From the NCBI GenBank assembly GCA_050486505.1, contig JBJHDK010000005.1, forward strand, positions 20,953 to 63,718: a stretch of 42,766 nt of DNA, in the 5' to 3' direction. Numbering within the stretch: the first letter of the stretch is position 1; each line of letters opens with the position of its first letter. This document shows positions 24,661 to 38,575 of this stretch, piece after piece. This stretch comes from Fibrobacteria bacterium (GTDB lineage Bacteria; Fibrobacterota; Fibrobacteria; UBA11236). The notes beneath the pieces were generated by a model that worked only from the letters and a program-made list of their open reading frames with translations, ran no database searches and was not told the origin of the DNA. The position numbers were made by a program, and so were the translations under genes.

Positions 24661-25887
24661 TCCCCTCAACCCCCTCCCGATCCAGATGCTCAGGCCGAGC
24701 CCCGCCACGGCGATCCAGCCCACCACGTTGTAACGCAGCAGCGATCCGTCGGGTCCCGTGATCAGAATCATTCCCGAGATCAGGCTCGCCGTGCCTACCG
24801 CGAGTTGTTGCACCGCGGTGTTCAGGCTCATGAAGCCTCCGCGCAGCCGGGCCTCGGGAACGGTGGTCACCAACGCCATCCCCGGGGCGGCGCGACCTGA
24901 GAGCAGCACCATGAACAAGGTGGTGACCGGCAGCGCGACCCCCAATCCCCACGGCCCGAGGTGGCTGATGGCTACAACCGGGATCATCGACGCCAGGCAC
25001 AGGAGGGCGTATACGCGAAACAAACCGTGCTGGTCGCCGAGCTTTCCGAAGTACCGCAGCGAGAAGAAGGTGAACATTCCGCCCGTAAGGAAAATCCACG
25101 GGAGCTGGTTGTTCGCGACCCCCGCGTTCGTGACCAGCGAGACGCTGATGTAGGGGATGACGAGAAATCCCGAGCCCATCATGACGGCGGTGAAGGCGAG
25201 GGCGCGCCAGTGCGTGGCGCGCGAGATGATGCTGCCGAAGTCGGCCAGCATGGCGCGATTGCTTTCGGTGCGCGCGCGCGCGATGACGGGGAAGGTGCGC
25301 CAGGCGGCGATCCACATCAGCACGGAGAGCGCCGCCAGGGCGAAGAAGGGGGCCTGCCATCCCATGTGCGTCGAAAGCACGAGTCCCAACGGGACGCCGA
25401 CCACCGACGCGACGGAAAATGCCGTCATCACGATCCCCATGGCCGTGCCCCGGCGTTGCACGGGAATCACGTCGCCGACCAGGGCGTACACTAGCGCCAC
25501 CATCACACCGCCGAATCCCCCGGTCACGATGCGCGCGGCCAGCAGGGTATCGGCCGTGGGTGCGAGCCCGCAAAGCAATGTTCCGGTGATGAACCCGGCA
25601 TACACGACGAGCAACGCGCGCTTGCGGTCGAAGCGGTCGAGCACGATCGCGGCGATCAAGGTCGCGATGCCCGCGCTGAAGGTGTAGGCTGAAACCAGTG
25701 AGCCGAAACGGCCGGGCGACAGGGTGAAGGACTCCATCAGCAGTGGACCCATGGGCATCAGGATCATGAAATCCACGATGTGGGTGAACTGCATGGCGGC
25801 CAGCAGGATCAGGAAGGCGCGCTCCCGGCGCGGATCAGGGAAGGCGGTCGTGCCTGTCGCAGGCGCGGCGGGGGACGAAGAGAACAT
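24655..25887 (-). CDS. MFS transporter (DHA1-like efflux)
   Basis: MQFTHIVDFMILMPMGP, motif A LDRFDRKRALL, LLAARIVTGGFGG, DVIPVQRRGTAMG; about 12 TM segments. Confidence 0.9.
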   Translation of the reverse strand: MFSSSPAAPATGTTAFPDPRRERAFLILLAAMQFTHIVDFMILMPMGPLLMESFTLSPGRFGSLVSAYTFSAGIATLIAAIVLDRFDRKRALLVVYAGFITGTLLCGLAPTADTLLAARIVTGGFGGVMVALVYALVGDVIPVQRRGTAMGIVMTAFSVASVVGVPLGLVLSTHMGWQAPFFALAALSVLMWIAAWRTFPVIARARTESNRAMLADFGSIISRATHWRALAFTAVMMGSGFLVIPYISVSLVTNAGVANNQLPWIFLTGGMFTFFSLRYFGKLGDQHGLFRVYALLCLASMIPVVAISHLGPWGLGVALPVTTLFMVLLSGRAAPGMALVTTVPEARLRGGFMSLNTAVQQLAVGTASLISGMILITGPDGSLLRYNVVGWIAVAGLGLSIWIGRGLRGQ

Positions 25888-25947
25888 CGAAATCCTTGCG
25901 CGGAGTGAGAGACAAGAATACTCCCTCAAGCGCTGTTGAGGTCAAGC

Positions 25948-25975
25948 AAAAAAAACGGGTCCCCGAAGGGACCCG
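25948..25975 (-). terminator. Rho-independent terminator after yceI
   Basis: Minus strand reads CGGGTCCC-TTCG-GGGACCCG-TTTTTTTT. Confidence 0.85.
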
Positions 25976-26006
25976 CTCGGCGCCGGGTGTCCGGTGCGCG
26001 GGGGAT

Positions 26007-26624
26007 TCAGGTTCCCGGTGCGGGGCGCACGCCCTGGAACGACAGGATGATGTCCACCTCGGGTGCGACCACGAGTCCGCCGCCGCCTTCGATCAGGTTG
26101 TTCCACTTCAGGTCGAAGTCGAAGCGGTTGATGCGGCCGGTGGCGGAGAAGGCGGCGCGCTCGTTGCCCCAGGGATCCTTCGCCAGGATTCCGGTCCCCT
26201 TGACCTGCAGGACGATTTCCTTCGTCACGTCACGGATGGTCAGGTACCCCACCAGCTCGGCGGTGGTGTCGGCCATGTTCACGTTGCGCACTTCCTTGCT
26301 CTTGAACTTGATCTCGGGAAACTTTTCCGCATTGAAGAAGTCATCGCTGCGGAGGTGGTTGTCGCGGCGGTTGTTGTTCGTGTTCACGCTCGTGGTCTTG
26401 ATCGTGAGCTGGCCCGTGGTGGCCTCGACATTCGCGGGATCCAGGTTGAAGTTGCCTTCGAACTCACCGAAGGAACCGGTCACCGTGGAAATACCCATGT
26501 GGCGGACGCGAAACTGCACGTCGCTGTGCGCCGCGTCGATCTGATACTCCGCTGCGGTGGCTGAGATGGCGCCTGCCAACACCAAGCCGAATGCGCTGAT
26601 CTTCATTGTTCTTCCGAAAGCCAT
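26007..26624 (-). CDS. yceI: YceI-family polyisoprenoid-binding periplasmic protein
   Basis: Signal peptide, YQIDAAHSDVQFRVRHMGISTVTGSF, SVNTNNNRRDNHLRSDDFF, LTIRDVTKE, DPWGNER. AAGGAG RBS before ATG 26624. Confidence 0.92.
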   Translation of the reverse strand: MAFGRTMKISAFGLVLAGAISATAAEYQIDAAHSDVQFRVRHMGISTVTGSFGEFEGNFNLDPANVEATTGQLTIKTTSVNTNNNRRDNHLRSDDFFNAEKFPEIKFKSKEVRNVNMADTTAELVGYLTIRDVTKEIVLQVKGTGILAKDPWGNERAAFSATGRINRFDFDLKWNNLIEGGGGLVVAPEVDIILSFQGVRPAPGT

Positions 26625-26853
26625 TGCGATCTCCTTGTTCAAGATGTGCCGCCTGAAAATTCAGGCCGTCACGCACCAACATACCAAATATTCGTTTCAA
26701 CGACAAACGGGGAAACGATAAAATTTACGAAAAGCGCGTTTTTGAGGAAAATGGGGGTGTTTCTTGCCGAATTTCCCCTGTTTTGGGAGAATTCCGGGTC
26801 ACTGGGAGGCGGGTAATTTCGCTGAAATCGCGGGACGTAGTCTTAAGTGATCT

Positions 26854-27642
26854 TCAGACGACCAGATCGATCCCCACGGGGCAATGATCCGATCCCATCA
26901 CCTGCGGGAGGATGTACGCGTCGCGCACCCGGTCGCGCAGGGAGCTGCTGACGAAGAAATAGTCGATGCGCCAGCCGACGTTCCGTTCCCGTGCGCGCGA
27001 TTGCATGTCCCACCAGGTGTATTGTTCCGGGAGATCGGGGTGCTTCTCGCGGAACACGTCGTGGAAGCCTGCCGCGAGGAAGCGGTCCATCCATTCGCAT
27101 TCTTCCGGGAGAAAGCCGGAGATCTTGCGGTTGGCCTGCGGGCGCGCGAGGTCGATTGCCTTGTGCGCCGTGTTGACGTCACCGCAGACGACCACGTTCT
27201 TGCCGGCGGCGAGCAAATCCTTGCACATGCCGAGGAAGGCTTCATAGAAGTCCATCTTGTATTGCAGGCGCTCGGGCCGCGACTTGCCGTTGGGGAAGTA
27301 CACGTTGAAGAGGGTGAAGTCGGCGAACTCGGCGCGCACCACGCGGCCCTCGCCGTCGCACGCGGGGATGCCAAGGTCGCATGCGGTGGCGATCGGCTTC
27401 TCCGGGCTGTACACCGCAGTGCCGGAGTATCCCTTGCGTTCGCCCGAGCAGAAGGTCCAGTAGCCGTCGGGAAGGGACTTGAGGCTTTCGAGCACCTGTT
27501 CTTCGTGTGCCTTGGTTTCCTGCAGGCCGAGAATGTCGGGTTTGTGTTCGAGAAGGAAGTCCCTAAAGCCCTTTTTCAAGACCGCGCGCAGGCCGTTGAC
27601 GTTCCAGGAGTAGATGCGGAGGGTGCGGGACTGTGTGGGCAT
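26854..27642 (-). CDS. xth: Exodeoxyribonuclease III / AP endonuclease
   Basis: SWNVNGLRA, LGLQETK, GYSGTA, EGRV, NVYFPNG, CGDVNTAH, YTWW, GWRIDYF, GSDHCPV. Confidence 0.96.
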   Translation of the reverse strand: MPTQSRTLRIYSWNVNGLRAVLKKGFRDFLLEHKPDILGLQETKAHEEQVLESLKSLPDGYWTFCSGERKGYSGTAVYSPEKPIATACDLGIPACDGEGRVVRAEFADFTLFNVYFPNGKSRPERLQYKMDFYEAFLGMCKDLLAAGKNVVVCGDVNTAHKAIDLARPQANRKISGFLPEECEWMDRFLAAGFHDVFREKHPDLPEQYTWWDMQSRARERNVGWRIDYFFVSSSLRDRVRDAYILPQVMGSDHCPVGIDLVV

Positions 27643-27653
27643 GGGGGGGAAAG

Positions 27654-27862
27654 TTATGAATTACGAGTTACGAATTACGAGTGGAAAGAGAGCTTCCAAA
27701 ATCAGGGAGGCAGCTCAGCGTGAACAGAAATGATTCATGCCGCCCATGCTCCGCCAGTTGATGCATGAGTGGCCAGAAGATCAGGACAACGCCCCTGCTT
27801 TCAATTCGTAATGATTCGTTAGCTGCGCGACCTCATGGGGCGTAATTCGTAACTCGTAATTC
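27654..27862. repeat. Inverted heptamer-array element A: (TTACGA[A/G])n ... ([C/T]TCGTAA)n with about 120 bp core and nested 26-nt module
   Basis: Left arm TTATGAA TTACGAG TTACGAA TTACGAG. Right arm TTCGTA[ATGATTCGTTAGCTGCGCGACCTCAT]GGGGCGTAA TTCGTAA CTCGTAA. Confidence 0.8.
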
Positions 27863-30283
27863 TCATCGTGCCGATTTCAGGGGAATCCCGTTCACCCACA
27901 CGCGCATGCCGACGCCGTGGATTCCTTGAAGCCGGTATTCCGCGGAGCGGGCCCCCGCAGGAACGTAAAGCGGACCCTGGAGGCGTTCGCGCACGCGTCC
28001 ATCGGCACCGAAGACTTCGATGCGGATCATGTCGCGCTCGCCCGAGAGGACGTGATCGGGCAGTAGAAAGCTGCGGTTGCCGACGCGAAGCAGCGACGGA
28101 ATTCCGGAGACGGCCGCGACGACGGGAGCAGGCGCGACCAAGGAAAAGGTCACCATCCGGCGGAGAACAAGGGGAGGCTTGTCGGCCCTTACGCGCAACA
28201 CGTGATCGCCGGGCTGCGGCGGTGAATTCCAGTCGAAAGCGCCGCTTCCCGACAGCGAGGCCCCGGGAGGAATCGAGACCGGCGAGAAGGCGTAGCCTTC
28301 GAGGGTTCCCCCCGAATCCTCGACGCTGAACGCATAGTTCACGTTCGTGCCCGCGGTCCATGCGGAGTCCTGTGCTTCGGGCATCGCGATGCGCGGAAGC
28401 GTCCGCAGGTAGGAGTCCAGCCCCTTGGCCACATCGAGCCGGCCGCCGGTGATGACGCGCCCCTCGAGCGCCGGCAATGGTGTCGTTCCCGCGAGTACTT
28501 GCTCGCGCGTCAGGGGAACACCGCTGCGCTTGCTCGCGATGCGCATCAGTCCCGCGTATCCCGCGAACCAAGGGGCCGCCATGGAGGTGCCGCCCGTGAC
28601 GAGGTACACCTCCTGCGTTTCGGCGGTCTCATCGGCGTGGCGGATGCGGATGTCGTCGATGCGGACGACGCGTGACGCGACGGAGCCGATGGAGGAACAG
28701 TTGGAGGCGATGCAGGTCTGGAAACGCAGCTCGAACCTGGTTCCGTCGACCCGGCCGAGGCTGTACACGAGGTGGCGCACCGAATCGGCTCCCGCGATGA
28801 TGGCGAGCGGGACTTCCTGCCCCCCCTCCGGGATCACCGAAACGCGGAGGCGATCGTTGGAGTTGCCTTGCTGGAAGAAGACGCGAAAGGTCAGCAGGCC
28901 GCCGTTGCGTTCGCGCAGGTCGAGGCCGGTGAGAGACGCCCGGGCATTGTGCCCGGTGCTCCATTGGAGGCTGTTGAACCCCTCGATGTTGTCGAGGCCC
29001 ACGACGAAGCCGTTCTCGGGGAACACGGAAAGGTTCGCGGGGACCTCCCCTTCGAAGCCTTCCTCGAGCAAGAAAAGCGGTGGCGGGATTCCGGCGGTCA
29101 CGATGCTTTGGCCGGGCGCGGCGAGATCGACGGTGGCCGCGCCGTAGTTCGAGAACCCCGAGAGGCTCCCCGATGGTCCGTGCGAGGCGATCATGTAGAC
29201 GTTCTCGAACCCGTAGCTTCCGGGTTGCACGGGATTCGGATCGAGGTTCACGCCGCTGTTGCCCGCGGCCGCCGCGATGATGACGCCGCTGTCGCGGGCG
29301 ACGGCGAACGCGTTCCGCAAGGTCTGGCTTTCGGAGGAGCTTCCGATTCCGATGCTGAAGTTGATGGCGTGCGCGCCCATGCGGGCGGCGTAGCGAATGC
29401 CGTCCGCGATGGCGGCCGTCGATCCCGCTCCTGAAGTGCTCAGGACGCGCACCGGAAGAATGCGCACGCGCGGGAGCATGCCCGTCATGCCTGCGGAGGT
29501 GTCGAAGGGCGCGGCGATCAGGGCGCTGACCTGGGTGCCGTGGCCGTGATAATCATGCGGATCGTTGTTGTTGTCCACGAAGTCCCAGCCGCGCCAGTCG
29601 TCCACGAAGCCGTTGCCGTCGTCGTCGCAGGCATTGAAGCGCTTGTCCGCGGGGGTACCCGTCCAGCAGGGGTCACCGGGTTGCGTCATGCCCGTTTCGC
29701 CGGGATTTTCATACCAGCGCCCCTTCAAGGCGGGATGCAGGAAGTTCAAGCCCGCGTCGAGGACGGCGATGACCAGCGAATCGTCTCCGTCGAAGCGATC
29801 CCAGACCGGCGTGATGTTGATGTCGGTTCCGGCGACGCCGGAGGCGAAGGTGCCGTCGTTGCGCAAGGGCCACTGGGGTACGTTGTCGTGCCGGAAGTGA
29901 ATGTTCCCGGGCAGGTATTCCCGCAGGAACACGGGTTCGTCCGCCTCGATGCCTTGGCCGAAGAGGCGTTCGAGGCGGGCGCGGGCGCGCTCCCGCAGGT
30001 GGCTGCCGGTGCCTTGGGCCTCGCTTGCGAGGCGTTCCGCCAGGCCGGGGGACAACCGCAACGTGCTCCCGCGCATCTCGAATGCCCCGGCCGTGTCCCC
30101 ATCGGAAAGTCTGGCCAGGTGCGCGCGCACCCGCTCGCGCAATTCGGGATTCGCCACCACGAATTGCGGTGGCATGTAAGACGCGGAGAGTTCGACGTCG
30201 GGACGGTCGGACGCGGACGAAAGCCCGGTCACAACGGCGATGGCCGTCAAAAGAAAAAAGGTCAAGCGGGGGCGCACCACCAT
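27863..30283 (-). CDS. Secreted S8 (subtilisin-like) serine peptidase with inserted domain, Ig-like domain and putative C-terminal sorting domain
   Basis: Signal peptide; triad VIAVLDAG / HGHGTQV / GGTSMAAP; oxyanion AAAGNSG; DDDGNGFVDDWRGWDF loop; FSNYG..VDLAAPG. Confidence 0.9.
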   Translation of the reverse strand: MVVRPRLTFFLLTAIAVVTGLSSASDRPDVELSASYMPPQFVVANPELRERVRAHLARLSDGDTAGAFEMRGSTLRLSPGLAERLASEAQGTGSHLRERARARLERLFGQGIEADEPVFLREYLPGNIHFRHDNVPQWPLRNDGTFASGVAGTDINITPVWDRFDGDDSLVIAVLDAGLNFLHPALKGRWYENPGETGMTQPGDPCWTGTPADKRFNACDDDGNGFVDDWRGWDFVDNNNDPHDYHGHGTQVSALIAAPFDTSAGMTGMLPRVRILPVRVLSTSGAGSTAAIADGIRYAARMGAHAINFSIGIGSSSESQTLRNAFAVARDSGVIIAAAAGNSGVNLDPNPVQPGSYGFENVYMIASHGPSGSLSGFSNYGAATVDLAAPGQSIVTAGIPPPLFLLEEGFEGEVPANLSVFPENGFVVGLDNIEGFNSLQWSTGHNARASLTGLDLRERNGGLLTFRVFFQQGNSNDRLRVSVIPEGGQEVPLAIIAGADSVRHLVYSLGRVDGTRFELRFQTCIASNCSSIGSVASRVVRIDDIRIRHADETAETQEVYLVTGGTSMAAPWFAGYAGLMRIASKRSGVPLTREQVLAGTTPLPALEGRVITGGRLDVAKGLDSYLRTLPRIAMPEAQDSAWTAGTNVNYAFSVEDSGGTLEGYAFSPVSIPPGASLSGSGAFDWNSPPQPGDHVLRVRADKPPLVLRRMVTFSLVAPAPVVAAVSGIPSLLRVGNRSFLLPDHVLSGERDMIRIEVFGADGRVRERLQGPLYVPAGARSAEYRLQGIHGVGMRVWVNGIPLKSAR

Positions 30284-30456
30284 AATCTATGCTGCGACAG
30301 GGGGTTCGTGTTCGCACAAACCGGCTTTGGGGAGCCCTGGGACGTTTCAGCCCCGGCATTCCGCAACGTCCCGAGCGGTTCTTTCGTTGACCAAGGTCAC
30401 TTCGCCGGCTCGCCGCCGGGCCTATCCTTCTTGCCTGTCGTCAAGGAGGTCGTTTC

Positions 30457-31413
30457 ATGGCACGATTGGTCCACGCCCCCGATTCCCCTTTTGCAGAGGT
30501 TCTCGGCCTCGCCGACGCCTTCGCCTCCAGGCAGGCGCCCGTGCTGATCCTTGGGGAAAGCGGGACGGGCAAGGAACAGCTGGCGCGCTTTCTGCACCGG
30601 CGAGGCCCCCGTCCCGATGGACCCTTCGTGGCGGTCAACTGCGCCGCGATCGCTCCCGGCCTGGCCGAGAGCGAACTTTTCGGGCACTGTCGCGGAGCCT
30701 TCACCCATGCCGTGCGTGATCGCCCCGGCTGTCTCCGGCGCGCGCACGGCGGGACACTTCTTCTCGACGAGATCGGCGACATGCCTCCCGTGCTGCAGGC
30801 CCGCCTGCTTCGGGTCTTGCAGGAGTCGAAGGTTCGTCCCGTGGGCGGCGACGAAGAGTTTTCCGTTAATTTCAGGCTGCTTTGCGCGACGCACCGGGAC
30901 CTCGCCGCCGAGGTACGCGCCGGTCGCTTTCGCGCCGACCTTTACCATCGTCTGCGCGTGCTTGAGCTGCGGATTCCTCCCCTGCGTGACCGGCCCTGCG
31001 ATATTCTTCCGCTCCTTCGCGCCTTTCTACTCGAGTTCGCGGGCGAGGAGCGTGCGCGGGAGGCGCTGTCGTCCCTGCCACCGGGTATTTTGCGCCACGC
31101 GTTTCCCGGGAACGTGCGTGAATTGCGGAATCTTGCGGAGCGCTACGTCGCGCTACGCGCTGCGGGCCTGGGATGGGACAAAGCCTTCTCCCCCGACGCG
31201 GAGGCGCCGGTGGCCGGGTGTTCTTCCCGCGGAAACGGGTACCCGTTTCCGCGCAACTCGCGGCTGCGCGCCGAGGAAGTGGTTTCGGCCTTGGAAGCGT
31301 GTGGACATCACCGGGGGCGCGCGGCGAAGATGCTGGGTGTTTCGCGGCGGGCGGTTCAGTACCATGTCGCACGCCTGCGCTCCGCGTCGTCGTCGGTGAA
31401 TCCGGCCAATTGA
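30457..31413 (+). CDS. Sigma54-interacting AAA+ activator with Fis-type HTH and no N-terminal sensor domain
   Basis: PVLILGESGTGKE, FVAVNCAAI, ESELFGHCRGAFTHA, GGTLLLDEIGD, LQARLLRVLQ, FRADLYHRL, FPGNVRELRN, AAKMLGVSRR. AAGGAGG RBS before ATG 30457. Confidence 0.9.
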   Translation: MARLVHAPDSPFAEVLGLADAFASRQAPVLILGESGTGKEQLARFLHRRGPRPDGPFVAVNCAAIAPGLAESELFGHCRGAFTHAVRDRPGCLRRAHGGTLLLDEIGDMPPVLQARLLRVLQESKVRPVGGDEEFSVNFRLLCATHRDLAAEVRAGRFRADLYHRLRVLELRIPPLRDRPCDILPLLRAFLLEFAGEERAREALSSLPPGILRHAFPGNVRELRNLAERYVALRAAGLGWDKAFSPDAEAPVAGCSSRGNGYPFPRNSRLRAEEVVSALEACGHHRGRAAKMLGVSRRAVQYHVARLRSASSSVNPAN

Positions 31414-31517
31414 CCCGCCTGCGCGACATCATCCGGTCGCCGGGCGTGCGACGTCCGGGGCAGTTCCTATTCTTACCACCCAATGAAGATCCCTCGACGT
31501 CATACCCTGGAATGCGC

Positions 31518-32555
31518 ATGAAAACCGGTGTTCTCCTCGTCAACCTGGGCAGCCCTGAAGCTCCCACGGCCTCGGCCGTGCGGCCCTATCTTCGCGAGTT
31601 TCTGGGCGACCCGCGCGTGATCGACATTCCGGCCCCGGCGCGCTGGCTGCTCCTCAACGCTTTCATTCTTCCCTTCCGCCCCAAAAAATCGGCGGAAGCC
31701 TACGCAAAAGTGTGGACACCCGAAGGATCCCCCCTGCTGGTGCATAGCCGAAATTTCGCGGCCGGGCTGCAACGGGAACTGGGAGAAAACTATCGGGTGT
31801 CTTTGGCCATGCGCTATGGCAAGCCCTCGATTCCCGACACCTTGGCCGAACTGTTGCGCGAGCCCTTGAAGGAACTCGTGGTGTTTCCGCTCTACCCGCA
31901 GTACGCGTCATCGAGTACGGGCACCGTGGTGGAAGCGGTGTTGCGTGAGGTCGCCCCGCTGTGGAACACGCCTGCGATACGCGTGGTACCGGCCTTCTTC
32001 GATCACCCCGCCTATCTCGATGCGGTCGCCTCGTGCGCCGCGCAGCGAATTTCCGATTTTAACCCAGATCACGTTTTGTTTAGTTATCACGGGCTGCCCG
32101 AACGCCAGATCCGCAAGTCCGAATGCGTGGCCGGCCATTGCCTTGCCGCCGATGATTCCTGTTGCGCCGTCGTCGATGAGCGCAACGCTTTTTGTTATCG
32201 CGCGCAAAGCTTCGCCACCACGCGCGCGCTGTCCTCCCGTCTGAATCTTTCCGATGACCTTGTCTCGACGTCTTTTCAGTCCAGGCTTGGGCGCACACCG
32301 TGGATTCGCCCCTATACAGACGAGGTCTTGGTGGATCTGGCGAAGCGGGGGGTTCGCAGGTTGGCGGTTTTTTCCCCGTCTTTTGTGGCGGACTGCCTCG
32401 AAACCCTCGAGGAAATCGCGATTCGGGCCTCGGAAACCTTCCGCGAGGCCGGCGGGGAAGCCTTGGAGCTGATCCCGGCCCTGAACGCGGATGACCGCTG
32501 GGTGGCCGCGGCGAAGGAAATTCTTCTCCCCGGACAGAATCAGCGTCCTTTTTGA
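31518..32555 (+). CDS. hemH: Protoporphyrin ferrochelatase with Cys-rich insertion
   Basis: GVLLVNLGSP, YLREFLGDPRVID, GSPL, AMRYGKPSI, PLYPQYASSSTG, FSYHGLP, FQSRLG..PWIRP, FVADCLETLEEI. Start at 31512 or 31518. Confidence 0.96.
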   Translation: MKTGVLLVNLGSPEAPTASAVRPYLREFLGDPRVIDIPAPARWLLLNAFILPFRPKKSAEAYAKVWTPEGSPLLVHSRNFAAGLQRELGENYRVSLAMRYGKPSIPDTLAELLREPLKELVVFPLYPQYASSSTGTVVEAVLREVAPLWNTPAIRVVPAFFDHPAYLDAVASCAAQRISDFNPDHVLFSYHGLPERQIRKSECVAGHCLAADDSCCAVVDERNAFCYRAQSFATTRALSSRLNLSDDLVSTSFQSRLGRTPWIRPYTDEVLVDLAKRGVRRLAVFSPSFVADCLETLEEIAIRASETFREAGGEALELIPALNADDRWVAAAKEILLPGQNQRPF

Positions 32556-32573
32556 AAAAAGCCGCTTCGACCA

Positions 32574-32602
32574 TTGACGGTTTGTTCGCGGCGTTTTAAA
32601 TT
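32574..32602 (+). promoter_or_regulatory. Sigma70-type rRNA operon promoter
   Basis: TTGACG-17 bp-TAAATT about 300 bp upstream of 16S. Confidence 0.7.
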
Positions 32603-32903
32603 CTCCTTCCCCTTTGAGAGTGAACACGGGAAACCGGAAGCGATCAAAGAGGTCTTCACCCCCAGCGGTGAAGAGCCCCTTGACATTAGGAGAGAGCAAG
32701 GAGAAGGCGGATCGCCTTTGACGGACATTCGGGTTTTCCCGGATGTTTGTGACAGGAAGCCGCGGAAGTGGTTTGAAGCCACCGGGAGTATTGCTGCTCC
32801 CGGGGTGATGGAACCTGCCAGCCAAGGGGAAGGCCCTTGCTGGAGTAGTCTCCGGAAATACAGAGTTTCGAACAGAGACAAATAAATCAGCAAGCCATAA
32901 GAT

Positions 32904-34433
<1,530 letters not shown>

Positions 34434-34588
34434 AGCTTCGAAGATTTCTTCACATGAAGCATTCTTGGAAGTTGACACCTGGACACCCCCCGCGCATTCA
34501 CTGAATGTCAGAACGGGGTGTTTTTTCGGGTCGGAGCGCGGCAACCTGCATCACAAGATGCCTCAGGGTGCGTGTCCGTCCTTCTTCC

Positions 34589-34604
34589 TGCTCTCTTTTA
34601 ACAA
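34589..34604 (+). promoter_or_regulatory. boxA-like antitermination element in the 16S-23S spacer
   Basis: TGCTCTCTTTTAACAA resembles the boxA consensus TGCTCTTTAACA. Confidence 0.5.
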
Positions 34605-34851
34605 GGGTCTCCCCCGCCATCGCGCGGGCGGCGCTCTTTCTCAGGCGAACCATATTCCTTGTGAGATACAAGCATCACAAATCAGGACGAGACCGTTTCG
34701 GGAGGCATTGTCTTCCGGGGCGTATTGTTCCTGCAATTTCAAAATGAACACTGCATGGCTGATGAGTCGGCCTACGGTGTTGGAGTCGGGGAACAAAAGG
34801 GGAAGGCTTCGGTCTTCTCCGGTTGTGTTCCCGGCAGACTGAAGGTGATAG

Positions 34852-37812
<2,961 letters not shown>

Positions 37813-38011
37813 ACCTGTCGCCTTCAGCCAGCCGGGACATCTCCCGGCTTCAGCATCGAAGGCCGACATTCACCAAGCCATGCAAGTGTTCAAGGATCCC
37901 AAAAAGGATCCGCTCGAGTGACACAAAAGCATCAAAGCTTGACGCTTGATCAAACGATCAAAACAATGCAAACCATCAAACAAACGAATATGGACGCCTG
38001 AAACCAAATTT

Positions 38012-38129
38012 TCCTTGGTGCATTTAGCATGAGGGTCCACCTGTTCCCATCCCGAACACAGAAGTTAAGCCTCATAGCGCCCATGGTACTGCGGGCATCT
38101 TCCGCGGGAGAGTCGGTCTGCGCCAAGGT
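38012..38129 (+). rRNA. rrf: 5S ribosomal RNA
   Basis: CCTTGGTG...CCACCTGTTCCCATCCCGAACACAGAAGTTAAG...GAGAGTCGG..CGCCAAGG, with complementary ends. Confidence 0.96.
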
Positions 38130-38138
38130 CTATTACAA

Positions 38139-38171
38139 AACGCCCATCCGGAAATCCCGGGTGGGCGTTCT
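38139..38171 (+). terminator. Hairpin terminator of the rRNA operon
   Basis: AACGCCCATCCGG-AAATC-CCGGGTGGGCGTT directly after 5S; weak T tail. Confidence 0.6.
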
Positions 38172-38298
38172 GCGTTCAGGGGGTCTCCGAGCAACCGCTC
38201 CGGAGAGGCCCCATACAGCGGATCCCACAGGGCGCCCCCCCTTGATCCACAAACATGGGAAGCGTCATCACACGATGGAGATGCGCCTGTGCTCCCGT

Positions 38299-38327
38299 AA
38301 AAAAGGCCTCCGGGAAGGGAGGCCTTT
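38299..38327 (-). terminator. Terminator after the small lipoprotein gene
   Basis: Minus strand reads AAAGGCCTCC-CTTCCC-GGAGGCCTTT-TTT. Confidence 0.7.
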
Positions 38328-38365
38328 GGCCGGCGAACGCCACGCCGGAACTGCGGGAACGGGAA

Positions 38366-38575
38366 CTATTCGGTGACTTCGTCCACTGCGTCGTCAATCT
38401 TCTCCCCTGCCCTCTCGGCCGGGCCCGCAGGCTCGAACAGATCCTGCGCTTCATCCACAGCATCATCGATCCGTTCGCCGGCACGTTCCGCCGGGCCGCT
38501 GTCTCCGCACCCGTAAGCCAGCGTCAGCATGAGCCCCAGGGACGTTGCTGCCAGCAATCGCAGGACATTGCGCAT
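38366..38575 (-). CDS. Small lipoprotein (69 aa) with duplicated GPAERAGE(R/K)IDDAVDE motif
   Basis: MRNVLRLL...LAYG-C lipobox, two 16-aa repeats, and its own terminator. Confidence 0.75.
   Translation of the reverse strand: MRNVLRLLAATSLGLMLTLAYGCGDSGPAERAGERIDDAVDEAQDLFEPAGPAERAGEKIDDAVDEVTE

Noticed and set aside
26651..26666. GCCTGAA-AA-TTCAGGC palindrome upstream of yceI as an operator
   Set aside because: Single short occurrence with no adjacent regulator, so it cannot be distinguished from chance or a simple 5'-UTR hairpin.
30458..30473. TGGCACG at the activator start as a sigma54 -24 box
   Set aside because: There is no TTGC/GC at the -12 position (it reads GTCC), and the match is simply the Met-Ala-Arg codons.
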